Source: a bacterium
Lineage (GTDB): Bacteria; Patescibacteriota; Patescibacteriia; UBA9934
Length of the DNA stretch: 44,788 nucleotides
Assembly: GCA_020053275.1 (NCBI GenBank)
Contig: JAGVNL010000012.1
Coordinates: 1 to 44,788 of the forward strand
Direction of reading: 5' to 3'
A program made the position numbers and the translations under genes. Shown in pieces: positions 18,053 to 25,614 of this stretch (position 1 is the first letter of the stretch; the number at the start of each line of letters is the position of its first letter). A model generated the notes under the pieces. The model was not told the DNA's origin, made no database searches, and was given only the letters and a program-made list of their open reading frames with translations.

Positions 18053-18080
18053 CGCGGACGACGGGTGGACTGTTCAATCA

Positions 18081-18830
18081 TCAGCCCTGCAGGCTGGAGT
18101 ACTTCAGCACTCGTTCGTAGTCGGCGGCCAGCAGCGGGTCGGTCGTGAAGCCGTGTTCGGTGAACCACTGCTTGAGTTCAGGCGGCGCATCGCCTACGGT
18201 CATCATTAGCTGCCAGGCGTCGAAAACGGTGGCGGAGGGGCCGTTCCTGGCCTGCAACACCCAGTCAACCACAGCTCGCGGCATCTTCGTATTGTGGACA
18301 TCGACGCTGAACCGCCAGAGCATGGTGGCATCGACCGACACTGGTGGCGTGTACTTGAACACCTCGTCGAGCGTCATTTGCTGATGCAAGCCGTGGCTGG
18401 CAAGCAGGCGGTCGAGGTTGCCATGCAACGCCTCCATCATGGAAATCCTGGGGAGGAGTGCCATGGCCAGCGGCGTCGGCGTACCGATAATTCCACAGTA
18501 ATTGCGTGTCAGATCTGCCAGCGCACGATCGACCGGACCAAATAGGCTGGTCTGAATGAGTGTGATCCGTGGCAGGTTCTGACCAATCGCCCCGCAGTTC
18601 GGCAGGTCGCCCAGGTGCAGATCGAAGGATTCGAGTATCTCTGTGACATTCTCGCGAGCGGCGTCGGTTAGCAGGACGAGCGAGCCGCGCAGTAGGATGT
18701 CGACCACGAAGTAGAGGCCGAGCTGGGTCAGCTCCTGCAATGTGTCGGCGTTGAAACCAGCCTGGTGGCACGGACAATCGAGTTGTGGGTTGAGGGGGCG
18801 ACTGACGGAGATGGGGAGGGGTAGGGGCAT
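18081..18830 (-). CDS. Orphan protein with degenerate RNAP alpha-CTD-like repeats (paralog 1)
   Basis: 249 aa; co-linear similarity to 18987-19769 (PL.P.L..PC...GF...TL.E.T..G....VDI; GL...MTLD..F...PPV; P.EL.QWF; AD.ERV.K). GGAG SD and TTGACC-17-TAATCT promoter. Confidence 0.7.
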   Translation of the reverse strand: MPLPLPISVSRPLNPQLDCPCHQAGFNADTLQELTQLGLYFVVDILLRGSLVLLTDAARENVTEILESFDLHLGDLPNCGAIGQNLPRITLIQTSLFGPVDRALADLTRNYCGIIGTPTPLAMALLPRISMMEALHGNLDRLLASHGLHQQMTLDEVFKYTPPVSVDATMLWRFSVDVHNTKMPRAVVDWVLQARNGPSATVFDAWQLMMTVGDAPPELKQWFTEHGFTTDPLLAADYERVLKYSSLQG

Positions 18831-18848
18831 TGTTTTGACTCCACCGTC

Positions 18849-18877
18849 AGATTACGCTTTTGCTTGTAATAGGTCAA
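18849..18877 (-). promoter_or_regulatory. Sigma70 promoter of paralog 1
   Basis: TTGACC-17 nt-TAATCT. Confidence 0.6.
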
Positions 18878-18882
18878 AAAGT

Positions 18883-18920
18883 GGTGAATACCCCAGGGAT
18901 AGAAACCAGGGGTATTCACC
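18883..18920. repeat. Intergenic inverted repeat
   Basis: GGTGAATACCCC-14nt-GGGGTATTCACC, 12-bp perfect arms. Confidence 0.65.
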
Positions 18921-18965
18921 AGAAAAGAAAGACGCCTCGTCCGGAGAGAACTCCAGGCAGGCGTC
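18919..18965 (-). terminator. 3' element/terminator shared by the two paralogous orphans (copy 2)
   Basis: GACGCCT...AGGCGTC stem followed on the minus strand by TTTCTTTTCTGG. Confidence 0.6.
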
Positions 18966-18986
18966 AGGGGCTTGGCTGCGGTAGCA

Positions 18987-19769
18987 CTATTCTGACTTGA
19001 TGAGCTTCATCACGCGCTCGAGGTCAGCGGAGGAGATGCGCTGCAACGGCATGTTCTTGCTCACGAACCACTGCACCAGCTCGTCCGGCGGATCGCTCAC
19101 AGCCATGACCGCCAGCCAGATATGAATCACTTGCGGCAGCACATCGGTGTGGCTACGAACCCAATCCTCACCTTCTGGCGAGAGTACTGGGTAACGCGCC
19201 TCAAGCTCGCAAGTCTTCAGTTGTTTCTTGGTCAACGGCGGTTGGCTGGCAACTGGTGGACCCTGGAAGATCTGGTCGAGCGTCATGTCGCAGCGCAGGC
19301 CGTAGGGCAGCAACGCTAGGTTGACCTGCCGCTTCTCATCCTCGGAGAACCCGAACCCGTGGTGGATGGCCAGCGACAACAGGGTGAGCGAACCGACTGC
19401 AACGGGCGGGCTGCCGACCTGCTTGCTGAACTGTTCCACGAATTCAGCACTCATCTTCACGATCAGCTCGGCTGTGATGCCCTGGAGTCGAGCAGCGTTC
19501 TTGGCCAGGATCCGGTTGAAGGGCAGCTCCCCAATGTGGATGCAGAGCCTGCTCATCACGCTGATGATGTCCTTCACAGCGTCACTGCTGAAAGTTCCTA
19601 GCAGCTCGGACATCTCGAGCGCGACGATGTCGACCAAGCAGAGATAGCCACGAGCGGTGATCTCGGCCAGAGTCTCGTTGGTGAAGCCGCAGCTGGCACA
19701 CGGCAGGCGCAATGCGGGGTGCAGCGGAACATGAGCGTGCAGGGGGAGAGTGAGCGGGATGGCGTGCAT
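18987..19769 (-). CDS. Orphan protein with degenerate RNAP alpha-CTD-like repeats (paralog 2)
   Basis: 260 aa; PALRLPCASCGFTNETLAEITARGYLCLVDIVALEMSELLGTFSSDAVKDIISVMSRLCIHIG aligns by eye to the alpha-CTD; GAGG SD. Confidence 0.7.
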   Translation of the reverse strand: MHAIPLTLPLHAHVPLHPALRLPCASCGFTNETLAEITARGYLCLVDIVALEMSELLGTFSSDAVKDIISVMSRLCIHIGELPFNRILAKNAARLQGITAELIVKMSAEFVEQFSKQVGSPPVAVGSLTLLSLAIHHGFGFSEDEKRQVNLALLPYGLRCDMTLDQIFQGPPVASQPPLTKKQLKTCELEARYPVLSPEGEDWVRSHTDVLPQVIHIWLAVMAVSDPPDELVQWFVSKNMPLQRISSADLERVMKLIKSE

Positions 19770-19789
19770 GGTAACCTCGAGAGGGGACT

Positions 19790-19818
19790 AAAAACCGTAC
19801 GGAGAATACCGTACGGCT
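19790..19818 (-). terminator. Intrinsic terminator after ahpC
   Basis: Minus strand GCCGTACGG-TATTCT-CCGTACGGTTTTT. Confidence 0.65.
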
Positions 19819-19835
19819 GAAAGTTAGCAGTTATT

Positions 19836-20357
19836 TTACGCTTTGCCTAGCGTCGCTGTTCCAGGTTCCCATTCAATAGGACAAAGCTCACCAGACTGTA
19901 AGGCCTGCAAAACTCGTAAAGTCTCTTTAGTTGAGCGGCCAACCGAACCAGCAGAGACGAGGGCATACATCACCACACCTTCAGGATTGATAATGAAAAT
20001 GCCCCGTTGTGAGCTGCCGTCGACATCTAGAACATCATAGTCTCGACTTGTGCTTTGGTTAGTATCGGCGATGATCGGAAAGGTAACTTCAGGTAAATCT
20101 CGTTCAAACCAGGCTTTATGGCTCCATTCACTATCGGTACTTATACCAATAATGGCTGCGTTTAGAGTGTCAAAGTCAGCTGTGTGTTTAGCGAAACTCT
20201 TCAATTCAGTTGGGCAGATGAAGGTAAAATCACGAGGATAAAACAGTAACACTAGCCATTTTCCCAGGTAATCCTCGAGGGAGAGTTGTTTGAATTCACC
20301 AGCTTGATAAGCGGTCTGAAGATAGAACTTGGGAGCGAGTTGGCCAATATTGATCAT
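19836..20357 (-). CDS. ahpC: 2-Cys peroxiredoxin (AhpC/Prx1)
   Basis: FYPRDFTFICPTE, STDSEWSHKAW, GELCPIEW. Alternative start at 20366. Confidence 0.92.
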   Translation of the reverse strand: MINIGQLAPKFYLQTAYQAGEFKQLSLEDYLGKWLVLLFYPRDFTFICPTELKSFAKHTADFDTLNAAIIGISTDSEWSHKAWFERDLPEVTFPIIADTNQSTSRDYDVLDVDGSSQRGIFIINPEGVVMYALVSAGSVGRSTKETLRVLQALQSGELCPIEWEPGTATLGKA

Positions 20358-20415
20358 AGGAATCATTTATAGGACTTTAATAATCCAGAGAATTTATGGT
20401 ACCATAATTCCATCT

Positions 20416-21609
20416 ATGAAAAAACTTACCCCAAAAATGCAACGAGTCGCGCTAATTATCGTCACCGCTATCATCGTCATCATCGTGCTGGCTGTCATCC
20501 GCACTGAACGGTTGAAGAACGCCACGCCAGCTGCGCCGGTAATGACAGGCTCATTATTAACGGAGGCCACGCGGTTCGCAGGTGAGGACTATCTCATTCC
20601 ACCAAATGAAGTCATCGACTCCGGCCTCAAGGCGGAAGATGTCCCAGCCCTCACCAATCCTCAATTTACAACCGTCGCTGCCATGGACACCTTGCTCGGC
20701 GACAATCTCTTCGGCCTTGATGTTGAAGTCGGCGGTGTGCATCGCTTTTACCCATATCAAATCCTAAACTGGCACCGCGTAGTAAACGACTCGTTCGGCG
20801 ACAAACAGTTACTCATAACCTACGACCCGTTGACTGGCGCCGCGATTGTGTATGACGCTAGTCAAAAATCCGGCGAAGTTCTCTCGTTAGCTTTTGGCGG
20901 ACTAGTCTACAACAACGGCGAGCTACTAATCGATGGCGCTAATAATCAATGGTTGCAAATTAATGGGACGCAGGTCATTCACAGGAACGGCGCTTCGTCC
21001 ATGTTGCTTGGCGACACCTTGACGCAGTACCCAGCGCAAAGCATGAAGTGGATAGATTGGAAGAGTATTTTTCCAAACGGTGAAGTATTGTCGAGCGAGA
21101 CCGGTTACACTCGCGACTACACTCGTCACCCATATGGTCAGTATGAAGCCTCGGGCAGCGTCTACTTCCCAGTCAATCACACCGACGGTCGAATTGGCGG
21201 CGCAAAGTGGTTAATGGATGGCGTCACTATCAACGGCGAACACCTGGCGCTCGTCAAAATGATTATGCAGGGGCCTTATGTTTACAACACGGTTCTCGGC
21301 GGTACTCCGATTGCTGCTTTCTACGACACTGAGCTCGCCATGACTCATGTCTTCAGCTCTGTCGTTGGTGACAAAACTCTAACATTTAGTTTCGACACCG
21401 CCCGTAAGACAATCAGCGACGCAGAAACAAACTCAATCTGGTCGGCCACTGGTGTTGCCACCGCCGGCTCGCTGAAGGGCACAATGCTAACCATGATCAA
21501 CGCTTCAGAATATTACTGGTTCGCCTGGGCAGCCACTTACCCAGACACTCGCGTTGCCGTCATTGACGAACAAAAGGCTAAGGACGAGGCAGATAAAGCG
21601 GGGGAGTAG
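20416..21609 (+). CDS. DUF3179 domain protein, membrane anchored
   Basis: VPALTNPQF, RFYPYQILNWHRVVND, VLSSETGYTRDY..HPY, YWFAWAATYPDT. Confidence 0.82.
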   Translation: MKKLTPKMQRVALIIVTAIIVIIVLAVIRTERLKNATPAAPVMTGSLLTEATRFAGEDYLIPPNEVIDSGLKAEDVPALTNPQFTTVAAMDTLLGDNLFGLDVEVGGVHRFYPYQILNWHRVVNDSFGDKQLLITYDPLTGAAIVYDASQKSGEVLSLAFGGLVYNNGELLIDGANNQWLQINGTQVIHRNGASSMLLGDTLTQYPAQSMKWIDWKSIFPNGEVLSSETGYTRDYTRHPYGQYEASGSVYFPVNHTDGRIGGAKWLMDGVTINGEHLALVKMIMQGPYVYNTVLGGTPIAAFYDTELAMTHVFSSVVGDKTLTFSFDTARKTISDAETNSIWSATGVATAGSLKGTMLTMINASEYYWFAWAATYPDTRVAVIDEQKAKDEADKAGE

Positions 21610-21620
21610 GAGGGGGCTTT

Positions 21621-22292
21621 ATGAACAAAGGACAACTTTACATCGTCGCCACCCCCATCGGCAATCTCGCCGACCTGTCTTCGCGCGCCGTTCAGACACT
21701 CCGTAAATCAGATCTCATTTGCGCCGAAGACACTCGCGTCACCGGTGGTCTGTTATCGAAATGCGAAATTAAAACTAAGATGACCACTGTGCAACAGCAT
21801 AGTGACGAGTCTGTTTTGAATGAGGTTATCGATCAACTCAAAGAAGGGAGGATTGTTAGTTTAGTTACCGACGCTGGGACGCCGAACATCAGCGACCCAG
21901 GTGGTCAACTGGTTGCCCGAGCCGTAGCCGAAGGCATCGACATCGTACCGATCCCCGGCCCGTCAGCCTTAATCGCAGCCTTGTCCATTTCTGGTTTTGC
22001 CGCGGACAACTTCACCTTCCTCGGTTTTCCGCCCCACAAAAAAGGTCGTGAGACTTATTTCCGCGAACTGGCCCTCGTCGAGCATACTATCGTTCTCTAC
22101 GAAGCCACCCACCGCATCGAGAAAACTCTAGCGCAGTTGCCACCAGATCGCTTGCTCGTCGTCTGTCGCGAATTAACCAAACTCTACGAAACAACCTACC
22201 GTGGAACTGCCGCTACAGTAATCGCTCTTCTTGCCAAAGGGAGCAAGAAAGGCGAATTCGTCATCGTGGTTGCCCCTAAAAATTGGAAATAA
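21621..22292 (+). CDS. rsmI: 16S rRNA (cytidine1402-2'-O)-methyltransferase
   Basis: LYIVATPIGNLAD, AEDTR, DAGTPNISDPG, RELTKLYE, KGEFV. Confidence 0.95.
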   Translation: MNKGQLYIVATPIGNLADLSSRAVQTLRKSDLICAEDTRVTGGLLSKCEIKTKMTTVQQHSDESVLNEVIDQLKEGRIVSLVTDAGTPNISDPGGQLVARAVAEGIDIVPIPGPSALIAALSISGFAADNFTFLGFPPHKKGRETYFRELALVEHTIVLYEATHRIEKTLAQLPPDRLLVVCRELTKLYETTYRGTAATVIALLAKGSKKGEFVIVVAPKNWK

Positions 22293-22293
22293 T

Positions 22294-23748
22294 ATGAGTA
22301 CTCGTTATATCACTTCGGCTATTCCATATGTAAACGCCAAGCCGCACATTGGCCACGCTTTCGAATATGTACAGGCCGATGCTATTGCTCGTTATTTTCG
22401 TTCACAGGGCGACACTGTTCGTGGTCATTACGGAACTGATGATAATAGCTTGAAGAATGTGCGTGCTGCTAAAGCCGTTGGCGAACCAACAGAGACTTTC
22501 GTGACTCGTCATTCAGAAGTTTTTCGTTCGTTAAAGAGTTTACTCAATCTAAGTTTTGATGATTTTATTCGTACTCGTGACGACAAGCATATCCGTGGTG
22601 CTCAAAAACTTTGGAGCATGTTTAAGCAAGAAGATATTTACAGGAAGAGTTACTCTGGTAATTATTGTGTTGGCTGTGAAATGTTTTTTACCGACGAAGA
22701 AGCACCGGGTGGTAGCTGCCCAATCCACAGGAAGCCACTTGAAGCCATCCAGGAAGAAAATTATTTTTTTCGTTTATCAAACTACCAAAAAACCATTACC
22801 AATTTAATAGAGAATGAAACTCTCAAAATTACTCCAACTTCGCGCAAAAACGAAATGCTCGGTTTCATTAAAAATGGCTTACAAGATTTTAGTATTTCTC
22901 GTAGCGTAGCCCGCGCCGAAAATTGGGGTGTGCCAGTCCCGGGTGACGCTAGTCAGGTGATGTATGTCTGGGTCGACGCCCTGAGTAACTACATCACCTC
23001 TCTCGGTTTCGCTGATAATGAAGAAACCTATAAAAAGTTTTGGTTAGAGGCAGATCAACGACTGCATATTATTGGCAAGGACATTTCCCGTTTTCATGTC
23101 ATTTATTGGCCAGCATTCCTACTCTCGGCCGGTATTCCATTACCCACTGAAGTGCTTGCTCACGGTTTTTTTACAGTTGATGGTGAAAAGATGAGTAAAT
23201 CACTCGGCAATGTACTCGATCCATTCGAACTGGTTGCGGACTTCGGCGTTGACGCTTTGCGTTATGGTTTTTTACGCTCCATGCCGTTAGCGGATGATGG
23301 TGACATTAGTTTAGCTAAACTTGAAGATAGATATGCTGATTTAGCTAACGGACTCGGCAACTTGGTTAGCCGTGTTTCTGCCATGGCTAATAAGTACTTC
23401 GCTGGTGATTTACAGCTCGTCGAATATGTGGACGAGCACATCGAAGCTGACTTACTCACAACTATCGAGGGTTACGATTTAAAATCGTATATTGAAAAGG
23501 TATGGAAGATGGTAGACTTTTGTAATGAACAAATTGATCGTGAAGCACCATTCAAACTAGTGAAGATAGATGTCGAAGCTGCCAAAAAGTCTCTCACCGA
23601 ATGTGCTAGTATGATTCGTTGGATCGCAAAGTGGCTCGCGCCGATTGTTCCAGAATCGTCAGCTAGGATTCTCGCCGCTTACCGTTTAGACCATGTTGAT
23701 GTCGTGACCCCAATGTTCCCTCGTCGCGATAAAAAAGTAGTCGAATAA
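22294..23748 (+). CDS. metG: Methionine--tRNA ligase (short form)
   Basis: YVNAKPHIGH, CVGC..CPIH knuckle, YVWVDAL, KMSKSLGN. Confidence 0.95.
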   Translation: MSTRYITSAIPYVNAKPHIGHAFEYVQADAIARYFRSQGDTVRGHYGTDDNSLKNVRAAKAVGEPTETFVTRHSEVFRSLKSLLNLSFDDFIRTRDDKHIRGAQKLWSMFKQEDIYRKSYSGNYCVGCEMFFTDEEAPGGSCPIHRKPLEAIQEENYFFRLSNYQKTITNLIENETLKITPTSRKNEMLGFIKNGLQDFSISRSVARAENWGVPVPGDASQVMYVWVDALSNYITSLGFADNEETYKKFWLEADQRLHIIGKDISRFHVIYWPAFLLSAGIPLPTEVLAHGFFTVDGEKMSKSLGNVLDPFELVADFGVDALRYGFLRSMPLADDGDISLAKLEDRYADLANGLGNLVSRVSAMANKYFAGDLQLVEYVDEHIEADLLTTIEGYDLKSYIEKVWKMVDFCNEQIDREAPFKLVKIDVEAAKKSLTECASMIRWIAKWLAPIVPESSARILAAYRLDHVDVVTPMFPRRDKKVVE

Positions 23749-23752
23749 AAAT

Positions 23753-24265
23753 ATGCAATTCAACCTCGTTGACATCATCGCTCTCGCCATTCTCGCCATA
23801 GGCGTAATTCGCGGTTGGCGGGCTGGCCTGATTGTCATGGCGGGGAACATCGCGAGTCTAATCGTCGGCCTCGTAGCCTCGACCTATATTTTTTACTGGT
23901 TGAGTGCCACCTCACTTTTTTCAGGCGTCGCGACTAACCATCCGTACCTCTCAATCATCGGCTATCTCATCATCCTAGGCATAGTAACAAAATTACTTCG
24001 TCTACTCGTTGCCCTCATCAACCAAGTTTGGAAAGTCATCGCTATTCTGCCGTTCTTGGGTTCCATCAATCGCTTGTTCGGTTCAGTCATCGGCCTCGCC
24101 GAATCCGCTGTCGTGCTCGTTATCCTCACTTACCTCATTCAGAACTTCCTCATCAACATCCTCTCCTCGGCCATGATGGCCACCATCAGCGCCTCCTACA
24201 GCTTTAGCTACCTGTCGAGCCTAGTCTCGCACCTGCAGTTCCTCATTCCCTCAATAAATATCTAA
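23753..24265 (+). CDS. CvpA (colicin V production) family membrane protein
   Basis: VDIIAL...IRGWRAGL...INRLFGSVIG pattern; 4 TM. Confidence 0.8.
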   Translation: MQFNLVDIIALAILAIGVIRGWRAGLIVMAGNIASLIVGLVASTYIFYWLSATSLFSGVATNHPYLSIIGYLIILGIVTKLLRLLVALINQVWKVIAILPFLGSINRLFGSVIGLAESAVVLVILTYLIQNFLINILSSAMMATISASYSFSYLSSLVSHLQFLIPSINI

Positions 24266-24269
24266 GATT

Positions 24270-24305
24270 TAGTCTACATCGAGTGCATACACTCGATGTA
24301 GACTA
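24270..24305. repeat. Palindromic element TCTAC(A)TCGA type
   Basis: 16-bp perfect arms TAGTCTACATCGAGTG / CACTCGATGTAGACTA with a 4-nt loop. Confidence 0.72.
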
Positions 24306-24327
24306 CTTATCCACAGCCAAGCAAAGT

Positions 24328-25251
24328 ATGAATTACAAGTTTATTGACACCCACTGCCACGCCCACTTCCAGGCCTACAAGGAAGATATGGATGCCGTAG
24401 TGCAGCGCAGCCTGGCCGCTGGCGTCGGCATGATTACGGTCGGCACGCAATCAACCACCAGCAAGAACGGCCTCGCCCTCGCCGAGAAATATGACGGTGT
24501 TTGGTGCACTATCGGTCTCCACCCCAATCACCTCCACGCCCAATCCTTCGTTGACGAAGACGAAGTCGAAAGCCCCCCTCCAGCTATGGCGTCAGTGCCG
24601 TTGCCCCTAGCCGGCTGGGGGTTGGGGGAGGCTTTAACGCAGCCGCCAGGTAGTACTGTCAAAACTCGCGCCGAACGCTTCGACCCCGAGTATTACCGCG
24701 AACTAGCTAAGCATCCCAAAGTTGTTGCTATCGGCGAGTTTGGTTTAGACTATTATCGTTTACCACCAAATGTGGACCTCGACCTCATGAAGGCAGATCA
24801 AGCCGAGGCCGTGCGCGCTCAACTCAAATTTGCAACCGAGGTCAACAAACCAGTCGTCATCCATTGCCGCGACGCCCACGCCGACCAAATCGTTTTACTA
24901 AATGAGGAGATCGCTAACGGGGGACTAGCTCGCCGCGGTGTCATTCACTGCTTTACTGGTACTGCCGCCGAAGCCGCCGCCTATAACGAAATCGGTTTTC
25001 TCGTCTCAATCACCGGCATCGTCACCTTCGCCAAAAACCTGCAGGAAGTCGTCCGCCAAATCCCGCTTTCACAGATGATGATTGAAACCGACGCTCCGTA
25101 CCTCTCCCCAGCGCCCAACCGTGGCCAGCGCAACGAACCAGCTTTCGTCACTCATATCGCAGCAAAAATCGCCGAACTCCACGGCGTCAGCGTAGACGAA
25201 GTGGCTAGGGTTACCACCGCCAACGCCGTAAAGCTGTTCAATCTTCGCTAA
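24328..25251 (+). CDS. tatD: TatD family hydrolase with an approx. 30-aa in-frame insertion
   Basis: IDTHCH, GLHP, AIGEFGLDY, IHCRDA, IHCF, IETDAPYL, RNEP. Confidence 0.92.
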   Translation: MNYKFIDTHCHAHFQAYKEDMDAVVQRSLAAGVGMITVGTQSTTSKNGLALAEKYDGVWCTIGLHPNHLHAQSFVDEDEVESPPPAMASVPLPLAGWGLGEALTQPPGSTVKTRAERFDPEYYRELAKHPKVVAIGEFGLDYYRLPPNVDLDLMKADQAEAVRAQLKFATEVNKPVVIHCRDAHADQIVLLNEEIANGGLARRGVIHCFTGTAAEAAAYNEIGFLVSITGIVTFAKNLQEVVRQIPLSQMMIETDAPYLSPAPNRGQRNEPAFVTHIAAKIAELHGVSVDEVARVTTANAVKLFNLR

Positions 25252-25266
25252 TCACACCCAAACCTT

Positions 25267-25292
25267 GTCACGTCGTTCGCGAACGACGTGAC
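25267..25292. repeat. Perfect 26-bp palindrome
   Basis: GTCACGTCGTTCG|CGAACGACGTGAC. Confidence 0.8.
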
Positions 25293-25321
25293 TTGACCGC
25301 ATTTATTCTAAAAGCTATACT
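25293..25321 (+). promoter_or_regulatory. Sigma70 promoter of atp operon
   Basis: TTGACC-17 nt-TATACT, 23 nt before ATG 25345. Confidence 0.7.
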
Positions 25322-25344
25322 TTTGTCGCCTTTTTAGAACGCGT

Positions 25345-25614
25345 ATGCCAAATGAAGGCCTAGGGAAATATTATGCTTTTGCCATTCGGGCAATGGGCGA
25401 GCTAACTGTGATGATTGCCGCTCCGGCTATCCTGGCAGCACTAGCTGGTAAATGGCTCGATAACTATTTCGCTAGCGGTAAACTCTGGTTCATTATCCTC
25501 CTCGTTCTCGCGTTTGTTCTCACTATAATCATCTTGCCTCGGAAGATTCGACAGTATGGCCAAGACTACCAAAAACTTTTTGACAAACATGGCGCTGGTC
25601 CCACTAGCCGCTGA
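25345..25614 (+). CDS. AtpZ/AtpI family protein
   Basis: Two TM with GKWLD motif; first gene of the atp operon. Confidence 0.8.
   Translation: MPNEGLGKYYAFAIRAMGELTVMIAAPAILAALAGKWLDNYFASGKLWFIILLVLAFVLTIIILPRKIRQYGQDYQKLFDKHGAGPTSR

Noticed and set aside
17652-18168. ORFs 17652-17903, 17738-18148 and 17842-18168
   Set aside because: Pro/Arg-rich translations of GC-rich pepA codons and intergenic hairpins; they overlap better-supported genes.
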